DNA from: Pristiophorus japonicus
Taxonomy: Eukaryota
DNA length: 64,000 bases
Assembly (NCBI RefSeq): GCF_044704955.1
Contig: NC_091980.1
Coordinates: 50,964,001-51,028,000 of the forward strand
Direction of reading: 5' to 3'
Shown here piece after piece: positions 38,134-51,649 of the stretch. The notes under the pieces were generated by a model. It made no database searches and had not been told where the DNA came from. It saw only the letters and a program-made list of their open reading frames with translations. Position numbers and translations under genes: made by a program. Each line of letters begins with the position of its first letter. Position 1 is the stretch's first letter.

Positions 38134-41100
38134 TGTGTTCCTAACACAGATGAGGCTGCACACAGGGAGGTTACAGTAACAGTGACCTCAGTCTTTAATA
38201 AGATACTCCAGAGCGAGGAACAGGCCTTAGGGGCTGGCTTATATACAGTGCTCCCAAGGGATGCTGGGATCCCTTGGGACTTCAGGGGATGAGCTCCCTG
38301 GTGGCGGAACATGGGAGTGCATGCTTTACATATACACAACATCACTCCCCTGCCAAAGTCAAAGTGAAAACTATTTACAAGGTGAGGCGGTCGGGAGCCA
38401 TTCTTTCCCTGGTGGATTGCCTCGGTATAAATGTCTGTTCTGGTGTGTTGGCTGTCCCCTCGCTGGGCTGGCGTGTTGTTGGCCTTGCAGGGCTGCTAGG
38501 TGAGCCTGGGCTATTGGGCGTGATGGGTTCGATTTCCTGGTCAGGCGTGGTGTCGTTGATCCTTTGGGTGTGTGTTGTGGGCTCGAAAAAGGTGGTGTCT
38601 GCTGGGTAGTCTGTGAACCGCAGCCTCGTTTGGTCCAGGTGCTTTATGCAAATTTGTCCATTGTCTAGTTTGACTACAAACACCCTATTCCCTTCTTTAG
38701 CTATCACTGTGCCCGCGATCCACTTGGGACCATGTCCATAGTTGAGCACATACACAGGGTCATTCAGATCAATTTCCCGTGACACAGTGGCACAACCATC
38801 GTTTACATTTTGTTGCTGCCGCTTGCTCTCTACCTGATCATGCAGGTTGGGGTGAACCAGCGAAAGTCTGGTTTTAAGTGTCCTTTTCATGAGTAGCACA
38901 GCCGGGGGCACCCCTGTGAGTGAGTGGGTTCTCGTGCGGTAGCTGAGCAGTACTCGGGACATGCGGGTTTGGAGTGAGCCTTCTGTGACTCGTTTTAAGG
39001 CTCTGTTTGATTTGTACTGCCCGCTCTGCCTGTCCATTGGAGGATGGTTTAAACGGGGCCGAGGTGACATGTTTGATCCCATTGGGGGTCATGAGTTCTT
39101 TAAATTCGGCACTGGTGAAACATGGCCCGTTGTCACTGACCAGTACGTCAGGCAGGCCATGGGTGGCAAACATGACCCTCAGGCTTTCAATGGTGGCGGT
39201 GGCGGTGCTTCCAGACACTATTTCACATTCAATCCATTTTGAAAAAACATCCACCACCACCAGGAACATTTTACCGAGAAACGGGCCCACATAGTCGACA
39301 TGGATCCTCGACCATGGTCTGGAGGGCCAGGACCACAAACTTAGTGGTGCCTCTCTGGGCGCGTTGCTCAACTGAGCACATACGCTGCATTGCCGTACAT
39401 AGGACTCGAAGTCAGAGTTGATACCGAGCCACCACATGTGGAATATGGCTATCACTTTCATCATTACTATACCCGGGTGTGTGCTGTGGAGATCGAGATG
39501 AACGTCTCCCTGCCCTTTTTTGGTAGCACCACGCGGTTACCCCACAACAGGCAGTCTGCCTGAATGGACAGCTCGTCCTTTCGCCGCTGGAACGGCTTGA
39601 TTGACTCTTGCATTTCAACTGGGATGCTGGCCCAGCTCCCATGCAGTACACAGTTTTTTACTAGGGACAGCAGAGGATCTTGGCTGGTCCAAGTCCGAAT
39701 CTGGCGGGCCGTGACAGGTGGTTTATAATTTTCAAATGCTTCCATGACCATCAACAAGTCTGCGGGCTGCGCCACCATCAACAAGTTTGCAGGCTGCGCC
39801 ATTTCCACCCCCGTGGTGGGCAACAGTAGCCGACAGAGCATCCGCACAGTTCTCGGTGCCTGGCCTGTGGCAGATGGTATAGTTATACGCTGATAGTGCG
39901 AGTGCCCACCTTTGTATGCGGGCTGAGGCATTAGTATTTATCCCCTTGTTTTCAGCGAACAGGGATGTGAGGGGCTTGTGATCGGTTTCCACCTCAAATT
40001 TGAGGCCAAACGGGTACTGATGCATTTTCTTTACCCCGAACACACACGCTAATGCCTCTTTCTCAATCATACTGTAGGGGCTCTCGGCTTTAGACAAGCT
40101 CCTGGAAGCATAGGCAACAGGTTGCAATTTCCCCGCAACGTTAGCTTGTTGTAATACACACCTGACTCCGTACGATGACGCATCACATGCTAGCACAAGT
40201 CTTTTACACGGGTTATACAATACAAGCAGCTTGTTGGAGCATAAAATGTTTCTGGCATTCTCAAAAGCAATTACTTGTTTTTATCCCCATACCCAGTTCT
40301 CACCTTTGCGCAATAACACATGTAGGGGCTCTAAAAGGGTGCTTAAACCCGGTAGGAAGTTACCAAAATAGTTGGAGTCCCAGGAACGACCGCAGCTCCG
40401 TGACGTTCTGTGGCCTGGGTGCGTTCCTGATAGCCTCTGTCTTGGCGTCTGTGGGCCGAATGCCGTCCGCCGCAATCTTTCTCCCTAAAAACTCCACTTC
40501 TGTTGCCATGAAGACGCGTTTTGACCTCTTCAGCCGCAGCCCTACGCTGGAAGACCTCCTCCAGGTTTTGCAGGCGCTCAGTGGTGTCCCAACCCGTAAC
40601 CAATATTTTGTCCTGAAAGACTACTGTGTGTGGTACCGACTTGAGTCGGCTCTCTATGTTTCTCTGGAAGATCGCTGCAGTCGCCTGAATTCCAAACGGG
40701 CATCTGTTGTAGATGAACAGTCCTTTGTGCGTGTTGATGCAGGTGAGGCCCTTCGAAGAATCCTCCAGCTCCTGCGTCATGTAGGCTGAAGTCAGGTCGA
40801 GCTTGGTGAACGTCTTGCCTCCTGCCAGCATCGCAAATAGGTCATCTGTCTTAGGTAGCGAGTATTGGTCCTGTAGCAAGAAACGATTAATAGTTTATAA
40901 TCTCCGCAAATCCTGACCGTGCCATCACTTTTGAGTATTGGCCCACTCACTACATTCCACTGGGGAGATGATGCCCTCGCGTTGTAGCTTGTCCAGCTCG
41001 ATTTCCACTCTCGCTCATCATGTGAGGTACCGCTAGCGCCTTGTGGTGAATGGGTCATGCCTCTGGGACCAAGTGGATCCGCACCTTCGCCCCGGAAAAG

Positions 41101-41295
41101 TTTCCAATGCCTTGCTCAAAAAGGAAAGGAAATTTGTTAAGAACCTGGGTACATGAGGCCTGATCGACATGTGATCGCACTCGGATGTCAGTCCCAGTTT
41201 CAGTGGATTTTGCCCAGCCATCTCCTTCCAAGCAGGTGGGGCCATCGCCCGGGACAATCCAGAGTGGCAGTTCATGCACCGTGCCCTCGTAGATC
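38134..41295 (-). mobile_element. Ty3/Gypsy LTR retrotransposon, 3' half (end of PR, RT, RNase H, IN, PPT, 3' LTR 38134-38341); gag and 5' LTR missing
   Basis: RICGDYK, FTKLDLTSAY, LACDASSYG, EKEALAC, TDHKPL, RIHVDY, SDNGPCF, SNGQAER. LTR has TG...CA termini, with PPT GGGGAGTGA adjacent on the minus strand. Confidence 0.92.
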
Positions 41296-43501
41296 TCATG
41301 CCATGTCATCCTGTCCACTTTTACAGAAGAAGCTATCGACGATGAGGTCCGTGCAGAGGCAAACGGGTGGGTGTCCACCAGTCTCCAGCAACATCAGAGA
41401 TGGAGGAGCGAGTGCTCGCACTCATGGGAAAGCATCCCCGGACAGCCACAGACACATCTGCAGACCCTGAAGTGATGTGAGTAAAGCTTACACCATTGCA
41501 TCATGCAAAGTCTATACATGTCACACCAACTCGTATCTGAACAATCATGTATGATAGATGATTTCTAAAAGTGTCATAGAAATAATGCTGGCCTAATGAA
41601 AATCATTGCAATGCACAACGGTCATGAAATGTGATGTCTGTGATGATTTTGAAAGCAGTGGTGCTTTTGTTGTGCATATGCTGTGTGTCGCGCTGGACTC
41701 ACCTTGTCACTCGAGCACCCGCTTCTCCTCTAACAACCCCATTTGTGTCTGCTGCGAGGCCCCAGGCAAGGCCACAGAGGCCAGAAGGTGATGGCGCGGG
41801 GCAGGAGTTGGTGGACGATCCTACTACATTTGGTGCTGAGGAGCTCCAATTGTTGCCCGTCAATCCGCTGGGTCTGTTCTCGACGGATGAGAGTGTGGCC
41901 TTCGAAGAACCTGCATTGGCGCACTCCAGAACCCATTCAACCCCAAGGCCATTTATTTGTCCTCCGGTCATTCCCGCCTCCACTCTGGAGATGCAGGCCC
42001 CAAGCACCTCTCCACAGGGCACCCCATTTGTCCCCAGGATGGCGCCGACCCTGCGGAGGCCACGTGGATGCGGCAGATCTGTTCCAGGAGCGCGATATGA
42101 CAGCAGACAGATGGTTCAGTTGTCCAGGAGGATTGTAGACATTGGTGAACAGTTCATCGAAGCTTTGGGGGGGCATATCCCGACATCAGGCCACCATGTC
42201 AGAGTACATTCCGCGCATGGCGGAGTCCCTGGATGTGATAGCCAGGAACACTGCTGCCACAGCCCTCCCAGTGATCCCAGAGCACGGCACTCCACCCCTA
42301 GGTTCAGCACCACCATTGCGAATGACAGATGCGAGCAAGGACCAAGATCCTGCTTCTGCATCAGAGAATGTTGCCACCTCGGCAACCCCCCCCCCCGCCA
42401 CCCCTGGCTCCTGTACCCGTCTAACCACCGCATCTGCCTTTATCCCCCCCAATGAGGCACCGCCTGAGGAGCTTCTCGGCCAGGCCCCATGAAGCGAGGA
42501 GGGGAAGGGATAGAGGTGGGGAGAAGAAGGGGAGGGGGGATGGAAAGTGAGGTGCATGTGCGTAGGTGATGGCTGTGTTATATTTCCATCTGGGTGTATG
42601 CAATTTGTTGCAATGTATGGGGGCTGGGCCCTGCTCCTGCTTTGCCTTTGTATTCTGTGTTGCTGGACATAGTGACCATGTGATTTATGTCAATGGTGGA
42701 AAAAGTGGGATGTGGGTGGGGGTTGGGTGTTATTGCTGTATTACTTAAGATTTCAGACCAATGTTGGTATTAAACTTTTGCTGTTGAACATAACCTTGTT
42801 GCGCATTGTCTCAGATAGCTAGACCATTACACACTGGTGATTCTTTACCGTCAAAGGGTTAAATGCAACTTAACATCAATCGATATAAACTTTAACTGGC
42901 ACCAAGGTGATGGGCACCATTGATGTCTTAGCTGCACACACACAAAGCAGTGTGTCAGCGTTGTCACTCATATCAGCGCCCTCTCAGGCAAATCTTTCCG
43001 ATATCAGCTCCTCATGTAAGAGTGGGATTTAATGAATGCCAGCCACACAGCTGCCATCCGTCCCGGTTAGTTCCACTTTTTGTGGGCGGTTTTTTGAGCG
43101 GGCGATATTCTGGGCGATATGTGTGGGAGGTGGTGAAATTGATGGTGGGCGATCTCCATGACCACTAGTTTGGGTAAATATGCTCTTTATGACAAAAAAC
43201 AGTTGCCAGGCGTTATTATTGAATCTCGGCATTAAGTCCGTGAGGAAAGTAACGCTGGGCGATAATATGGGTGTTGAAATCGCCCATTCTGCTGATGCCG
43301 CCCAAAAAAAGTGAACGGACGGTAATATTTTTTCTCTGCGTTCAGTCCATTGGGAAAATAACGCTCGGTGATAAGTCTCCTTAAAAAAAAAAAGCCCGTC
43401 AGTTTCCACTTTGTGCCAAAATGGGCAATGTCTGGGCGTTATATGTCATTTCAATGATTAAGTGGCCGTTAAGCAGGCAAAAAACGTGGAGGTTCTAGCC
43501 C
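41296..43501 (+). mobile_element. Harbinger-like transposon, right part (Myb-gene exon 2 onward, transposase C-terminal stub, right TIR)
   Basis: Acceptor ttttacag|AAG then KKLSTMRSVQRQTGGCPP...EMEERVLALMG. Minus-strand stub LHEELISERFA* at 42984-43019. Ends GTGGAGGTTCTAGCCC, similar to the TIR at 61661-61677. Confidence 0.7.
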
Positions 43502-43614
43502 TTTGTCTTTTGCACTTGCGTGCTGGGCTCCACCATCATTGAGGATGGTGATATTCATGGAGCTGCCTCCTCCCATTAGTTGTTTAATTGCCCACCACCA
43601 TTCATGACTGGATG

Positions 43615-43830
43615 ACCTTCCCTAAAGGACATCAGTGAACCAGATGGGTTTTTACGACAATAAGTAGTTTCATGGTCACCATTACTGACACTAGCTTTTT
43701 ATTCCAGAATAATTTAATTACCTGAATTTAAATTCCCCAGCTGCTGTGCTGGAATTTGAACTCTCCGTATAATTAGTCCAGGCCTCTGGATTATTAGTCC
43801 CGTAACTTAACTGCTATGCTACCATTCCCA
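43615..43830 (-). mobile_element. 5' part of the same tRNA-derived SINE as 6108-6545
   Basis: Shared CCTAAAGGACATCAGTGAACCAGATGGG and GAATTTGAACTC...ATTAGTCCA blocks. Confidence 0.6.
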
Positions 43831-43879
43831 ATATACTACAAATATATTATTTATGATGTACTAGAAGGCAAGTTTTAGC

Positions 43880-45035
43880 TGGACAAATCCAATCTGGCCA
43901 ACTACTTCCCTATCACTCTACTCTCAATCATCAGCAAAGTGATGGAAGGTGTCGTCGACAGTGCTATCAAGCGGCACTTACTCACCAATGACCTGTTCAC
44001 CGATGCTCAGTTTGGGTTCAGCCAGGATCACTTGGCTCCAGACCTCATTAAAGCCAAACGTAGACAAAAGAGCTGAATTCCAGAGGTGAGGTGAGAGTGA
44101 CTGCCTTCGACATCAAGTCAGCATTTGACCGAGTGTGGCATCAAGAAAGCCTCGTAAAATTGAAGTCAATGGGAATCAGGGGGAAAACTCTCCACTGACT
44201 AGAGTCATACCCAGCACAAAGGAGGGTGGTTGAGGTTGTTGGAGGTCAGTCATCTCAGCCCCTAGACATTGCTGCAGGAGTTCCTCAGGCAGTGTCCTAT
44301 GGCAAACCATCTTCAGCTGTCTCACCAATGACCTTCCCTCCATCATAAGGTCAGAAGTGGGGATGTTCGCTGATGATTGCACAGTGTTCAGTTCCATTCG
44401 CATCTCCTCAGAAAATGAAGCAGTGTGTGCCCGCATGCAGCAAGACCTGGTCAACATTCAGGCTTGCACTGATAAGTGGCAAATAACATTCATGCACACG
44501 AGTGCCAGGAAATGACCATGTCCAACAAGAGAGTATAACCACGACCCTTTGACATTCAATGGCATTATCATCATTGAATCCCTCCCTTTCAACATCCTGG
44601 GGTGTCACCATTAACCAAAAACTTAATTGGACCAGCCACATAAATACTGTGGCTACAAGAGATGGTCAGAGGCTGAGTATTCTGCAGTGAGTGTCTCACC
44701 TCCTGACTCCCCAAAGCCTTTCCATCATCTACAAGGCACAAGTCAGGAGTGAAATGGAATTCTCTCCACTTGCCTGGATGAGTGCAGCTCCAACAACACT
44801 CAAGAAGCTGAATAACATCCAGGACAAAGCAGCCCGCTTGATTGGCAGCCCATCCACCAGCTTAAACATTCACTCCCTCCACCACCGGCGCACCGTGATT
44901 GCAGTGTGTACCATCTACCACCTTCCAAATCCGCAATCTCCACCACCTAGAAGGACAAGGGAAGTAGGCGCATGGGAGCGCCACCACCTCCAAGCTCCGC
45001 TCCAAGTCAAACACCAGCCTGACTTGGAAATATAC
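43880..45035 (+). mobile_element. LINE family B RT/3' fragment
   Basis: Inverted homolog of 32800-33400 and direct homolog of 1-310 (IYKAQVRSEMEFSPLAW, IQDKAARLIG). Confidence 0.85.
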
Positions 45036-45344
45036 AGCTGTTTCTATGGGAGGAGGATTGGATGGGTGAATCGGGCCGGAGGATGATCAGGAGATGGAGG
45101 TGCATTGGAGGGTGTGGCTGGCATTCAGGGGATGCTGGGGGGACCAGAGGAACATTGTTGGGACAGGGGGAGTGTGGCTGGAAGCTGGCGGACAATCGGG
45201 CCTACAGGTGGGACACTGGAGGAGCGTCGGGGTTGTTAGGGGCCGGAGGAGCATCAGGGCTGGAGGGGTGGGGGGTGGCCGGGAAGGTGATTGGAGGCAT
45301 CAGGAAAGGGGGGCAGGGGAGGTCATGGGGAGATCAGAGGCCTT

Positions 45345-45715
45345 AGTCGAGTGGATCTTTGGGTATCTGATATGGAGGGGAGCGGGCAGGTCGGTGGGCC
45401 TCCTCGTTGGACTGCTCTTGGGCCTGATCAAGATGGCCATTAACAGGTCCAGGCAGCGGGTAGTCGAGGGGGTTGTTTGGCTTGACTGCCTGCCTCTCTT
45501 CCGCAGCTACGTTCGAGCCAGGGAGATGGAGCGCGTGATGTATACTGGTATGGTCACAGCCTTCCGCGACAGGTGGGCACTGGAGGGACTGGAGTACATA
45601 ATTTCAGCAGGAAACAGAATTTTAATTTGATTTGTTAAGGTTCCCTTAAAGTTTATTTGTTAATTTGTGGGTTCTAGTGCCCTTACCAAAGGGGAAACTT
45701 GGCTTAAAGTAGTTT
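45345..45715 (+). mobile_element. 3' end of a Tx1-like (L1 clade) retrotransposon
   Basis: IFGY...GLLLGLIKMAINRSRQ...DCLPLFRSYVRAR...F-DRW resembles the Tx1 ORF2 C-terminus. Confidence 0.65.
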
Positions 45716-45928
45716 CCTTTAATGAGAAGGCAAATGCAAGTGGAGCACAGTAAAGAGATATACCGGCAGCGTGATTTCCAAATGAGAGGCTGGTAGTACC
45801 ATTTTTTTTGGAGAGTACTGAACAGGGTTGAAGTGACAAAAAGAGCTTGTGGAAAGCCATTTATTTTAATTGAAAACCAATTCAAGATTATTGAGAGTGA
45901 TTAACGGCTATTAAGCTAAGAAGGCAAT

Positions 45929-48900
45929 ATGGATGTGACAACGAGTTATATCAATAACTTGGGAGCCTTTGACAAGAATAAGGAATCATTTAGATCCTGC
46001 AGTGAAAGATTACTAATGTTTTTTTTAGTGCTACTGATGTCAATGAAGTCCCAGTAGGTGTAGTAAATTCACAAATAAGGAATCAAGCAGTGCTCGAGAA
46101 GATGAAAGCTATTCTGTCAGTCATGATTGGTGCAGAGAATTATGGTATCTTAATGAATTTGTTAACCCTGAGAAAGATTAAGGGTGCTTCATTCTCAGAC
46201 ATACTACAAATATTGAAGAATCATTTTAGTTCGCAATGAGAAACCAAAGACCTGATGAAACCATTGGTGAATACATTGTTGCCATAAGAAAATTATCTCT
46301 ACACTGCAATTTTGGAGGATTCCTAGATGGGGCTCTTCGAGATAAATTTGTATGTGGACTAACAGATGAACACATCCAATCAAAATTGTTAGGTATGGAT
46401 GATCTTTTGAGAAAGCTTGCAAGATAGTCACCTCCATGGAGATGACAGAGAAAAATATTAAGGAATTTCACCCAGTATCGGCAGTTCACAGTGATGCAGA
46501 AATGCAGAAGATTATGAGCCCTGGTCAGAGGGAGAGTTATGAAACCAAGGAGAATAGATGTCAATGGTGTAATGGCAACCATACTGCACATCGGTGTCGG
46601 TTCAAGTGGGCAAGATGCTACCGGTGCCAAGTAAGGGGACACATTGCATCCGCATGTAAATCCAAGGACAGGCCCAATGATGATCAAAGACTTCACTGGG
46701 TGGAAACCAATCAGAACAGCGTAGGTTTTGGTGTATATACAGTGACAGGCAAGGCAGTGCATTCCTTGTCAGGATTTCAGAACGATAGTACTGATTAATA
46801 ATCGATGGATTAATATGACAATAGATACTGCAGCTGATGGCTCAATAATCAGCCAGGATGTGTATTTCAAGAATTTCAGGGGCATAAAACTAAATGCGAG
46901 TTCAGCAGGACTGAAAACATATTCAGGGGAATAACTGTAGAAGCTTGGACAAGTGGAGTGTATAGTACAATACCAGGAGCAACAAGCAATATCAACTATT
47001 ATAGCGAAATACATCAATCGGACGACACTTGTGGGCAAAGATTGGCTAAGCGTGCTTCATTTGGATTGGTACAGCGTCTGTGGTACAGAAATGGTTAAGT
47101 CTCGGCTAGCTACTCTACTGGAGAAATATGCTAACATGTTTGAGGACTCGTACGAGGGTATCAAGGGATACAATGCACATATTCGGATTAGATCGGATGT
47201 CAAACCTATTTTTTATAGAGCAAGGCCAATACCATATGCATTAAAATCACAGGTCTAAGTTGGAGAAAAACGGAGTTTGAGTGAAGATTGATGTGAGTGA
47301 CTGGGCCACCCCGTTAGTTGTAGTTCCGAAAATGGACAAAACGTTACGGCTCTGTGGCGATTATAAAATTACTCTGAATCAAGCAGTTGATGACGAACAA
47401 TACCCTTTACTGACATCACAGGAACTGTATGCAGAACTGACAGGAGCCAAAGTCTTCACAAAACTGGATCTCTCCCAAGCCTATGCTCAACTCATTGTCA
47501 GATATTGCTGACTATCCTTGTCAACAATTAACACACATACAGGTTTATATTCATACACTAAGCTGCCCTATGGTATTAAGTCCTCACCAAAGATATTTCA
47601 GGCTACCGTGGATCAGATCTTACAGGGAATGAATCACTGTGCAATAAAGATGATGTGTTTCTAGCCACCGGCACAGCGAGGGAAAACCTAGAAATCTTAG
47701 AAGAAGTATTCAGACCATAATCTGAAGCTGAAGAGGGGTAAATGTGCATTCATACAGCATGAGGTGGTTTATCTAGGATTGCAGGTTGATGAAAATGGTC
47801 TCCAAGCAGTTAAGGAGAAAGTGCAAGCCATCATGATGGCTCTGGAACCAAAATATTTTACTGAATTACAATCATTTTTAGGAATGGTCCAATATAATAC
47901 TCTCTTTTTTTTCCTGGACTATCAACGGTGCTCGCTCCATTCTATTATTTATTAAAGAAAGGGGTGCGTTGGATATGGGACAAAGAGCAACAGAATGAAT
48001 ATGACACATGCTAAGACTAGCATGTGATGCCTCTGGGAATGGATTGGGAGCAGTGATCAGCCATGTTATGAATGTTGGGCAGGGAAAACTGGTTGCCTCT
48101 GCACTGCGTACGGTCAACAAAAGCCGAACAAAGTTTTGCCCAGATTGAGAAAGAGGCTTTGGCAATTATATTTGATATTAAAAAGTTTCACCAGTTTCTT
48201 TTAGAGTGGCAATTCACGCTAGTAACTGAACACAAACCGTTACTAGCTATCCTCGGCCCAAAGACGGCAATTCAATCAATGATGACTTCCAGGATGCAAA
48301 GATGGGCTATTTTATTCTCTCAGTATGATTACAAAATTGAGTAATGTACGTTGAAGCAGAATGCAGTGGTGGATACCCTTTCAAGATTGCCTCATGAAAA
48401 CTCTGAACTTGGTCGTGAACAGTCAACTCTAGATGTCATTGATGAGGACTTTCTGGTCACCGCCCCCGTTATTGCAGAGCACACACAGAAAGATGCCATG
48501 TTACAGTGGGCCTATGAGCACACCCTGAGAGGAGCTCTGAAGATCAAACACATTTAGATGAGGGGATAAAGCCATTTTATCAACATTGGCACGAATTATC
48601 ATGTGAACAGGGATGTCTAAAATGGGATCTGAGAGTAATCATTCCCAGTGCACTATGAGCCAAATTCTTGACAGAACTTCACGGTGAGCATATTGGCATC
48701 GTAGGCATGAAAGCGGTGGCCCAAAGTTTTGTTTATTGGTCTTGATTGGATAAAGACAGTGCACTTACTTACTAATACTTCTATCTGTCAAGACTGCAGG
48801 AGCATGCCAGCTAAAACGTCCCTGCAAACTTGGACTTGGCCAACGACATCACTCCAAAGAATACATATTGATTTTTGCGAGAGGAGCAGTGCTAATTTTC

Positions 48901-50394
48901 TGGTTTTAGTCGATAGCCATTCGAAATTGCTGGAGCTACAGCATATGGGGTCATCTACAACTATAGAGCCTACATTGGATGAATTGTGGAACATTTTTGC
49001 ATGCTATGGTCTGCCGAAGAAATGGTGTCAGATAATGGGCCGCAATTTCAGTCCATGCATTTTGCGAATTTTGCCAGACACACCGGTATCAAACACACAT
49101 TGGTAGCACCATATTAGCCTGATTCGAATGGTACAGCTGAAAGGTCGGTCAGGATTGTCAAGGAGGCTTTGTGGAAACAAGTTCTACAGACTGGATCGTC
49201 GGTGAGCATGAAACATAGATTAGCGAATTTTCTTTTCAAGTACAGAGCTACGCCTCATTCTACAGCAGGGTACATTATTGATGTAGCCAAATTATTGATG
49301 TAGTGTAGGCTGAGGACACGTCTCAATTTATTGCAACCAAACTTGCCTGATAAGGTAGAGAAGGCACAATCAGCGCAGAAATGTTATCATTCCGGTACGA
49401 AAGAGCGGTGCTTTCAGAAGGGTGATCAAAGTTCTCAATCCATCGAAAAGGAAAGTCCATGCAAATGGGACATCGGTACAATTATTTGGGTATGTTGCAC
49501 GAAGCAGTACTTGATCAAAATTGGTGAATACATCAGGAAGGTTTACGTGGATCAAATATTACTAGCAAGTGAGGCACCTTCGGTACCATGAGTAGTTAAT
49601 TATGAGCCTGACTTGGACGATGATCAGAGTGAGTTGGCAAGTCCAAGTACTTCATTGGACACAATGGTCACAACGTCCATATCCTCACCAATCCAGATGC
49701 AGACGATTAAAGGCAGTTCTGCAGGTATGGGACAATCTCGAAGAGACTATCTTCCATCGGGGGAGGGCTGGCGTAAGGTGGAGTTGGGGTTGAGCTGAAG
49801 CGAACATCGAGGAAATGCAAACCAACTAGATAGGATATTGATAACTGGGAATATCAAGGTCTTAGGAAGAAAGCTAACACTAAGATGGATGTAAAGGTTC
49901 CAAGGAAACTCAAGAAATCCTGGGCTACATGCCCTGAAACCAGAAATTCCCCAAGATGGTCTCCAGAGTCAAATAAGAATATAGAAAACTGGCACAGCCA
50001 GCCAATTGCAAAGAAATGGAGATTGGAACATGAGGAAGCTAAAAGCTTACAGCAAGATACTCAGGCTCAGCAGTCGAATTTGTAAAATTGTAATCATAAG
50101 TAAACTTTTGAAATATTGTATAAATACCTCGCTTCTAAAAGAAGGGAAAGCAGTGTAAGGTATGCAAGTGTTGTAAAGCTTATAACGTTGCAAAGTGTTG
50201 CACAGAATTGTAAAGCTGTTGAGTTGGGAGTGGCTTAGCCAGTCACATGCTGCTCACAAGACTCAATAAAACCCCCAACCAGTTGGGTTCAGGGGATCCA
50301 CGATGAGGTAAGTGGTTGTGAGCCTGGTGGATGAATTGGTAATGTGATTGTTAAACCTTTGCTAATAAACCAACCATTTCTTTGGGCAGGACAT
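45929..50394 (+). mobile_element. Degraded Ty3/Gypsy LTR retrotransposon (gag-PR-RT-RH-IN plus 3' LTR from 50154)
   Basis: Gag LRDKFVCGL and CYRCQVRGHIASAC knuckle; protease IDTAADGSII; RLCGDYK, FTKLDLSQAY; IEKEALAI, TEHKPL; QRIHIDF. PPT AAAAGAAGGGAAAG precedes TGTAAGG. Confidence 0.9.
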
Positions 50395-51649
50395 AGCATA
50401 CAAAAATGTCCCGCAATCTTGAATTCTTTAACCTTCCACGTGACCCCACCCATTTTTTGAGATTAAAATTGCCCCCTCGGTCTTTGAGAATTTCTTCCAT
50501 TGATGTAGGTGATGGGTTTGTGTTGTTACACTCTGATATGTTTACTTGGAGCACCCACATGTGGCAAGGAAAGGAACTACAGCATTTCATAACATAATGG
50601 GAGATTTGCAGTTTGTGTGCAGTTGTAACTTTATACCAAACTAGGTCGGACCTGAACAACATCAGTGAGGAGATAGGTGCTGGACTGAGTAATCTACTGA
50701 AGCTCGTTCTCATCAACCTATCTGTCACAGAAATGTTTAGCTATGATAGCATTGGTCGATATGAACATCGCACAGTTCTTGTGAACATAAAGTCTCGTCT
50801 TCTCCATTGTGAACTGCTTTCTATACTTTCAGTCTCTGAGTTTTCCAAGTTGCATTATTTATCTTAGCCTATTGGCCATGGAGTCTGCTTTTAATTTGAA
50901 TGACAGTGGCAACTGCATCCAAATATCTTGAAAAGAGCAAGGCCGAGATTGAGCTGGAACTAATTGGAATGAACAGCCAGAATGTTATTTGTGATATTAA
51001 TATAAAATTAATAAAGTGCCAAGATGAAAATGCCATGCATTTAAAAGCATTTGTCAGAAAGGCATATTATGCAAAGGTCAGAGAGGGAAATTAAATCTTA
51101 AACGAATAGTGAAGTCATTCTTTTCATTACACCACTCGCACATCTTTCTCCATTTTAAATATTAGCTTTTTCTCAATTCTTTGGCCAGAGTGTAGCAATA
51201 CATTTTGTTGTATGGGAAATGCACACAGTGATACTTTGATTAAGTATAATTTTTTTGTCCCCTTTCTGCCCCTCTCTCCTGAAGGCAATAATTTGTGTTG
51301 GGGCATGAACATAAGAAAAGTTAGGAATGAGAAAAAGCCATTTGGGTCATCAAAGTTTATCCTTCCAGTGTCTGATCGATTTTATTGTAGCATCCGCAAA
51401 TCTGAATAGCTCACTCAGTTGGCCATTTTATGCCTGAGCTTCGGAACTGAGTTCAATCAACAGTACTGGGCACGTCACAAACAAGCCCGATTTTGTTCTC
51501 ACTCATTGGACGTGTACATGTACATTTTACTGCAATGGTCGCTGAATTCTTCACCCTGGACATTATTGTGATGTTGTAATGAGCTTTTTAAGGATGTATT
51601 TGTTTTGTTTCTGGCCACAATTTTTCATTCCTCAAATAAGCAAACTGTA

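Noticed and set aside
41631-42557. Multiple long overlapping ORFs on both strands as novel genes
   Set aside because: Explained by the GC-rich, frameshifted last exon of the Harbinger Myb gene and its antisense shadows.
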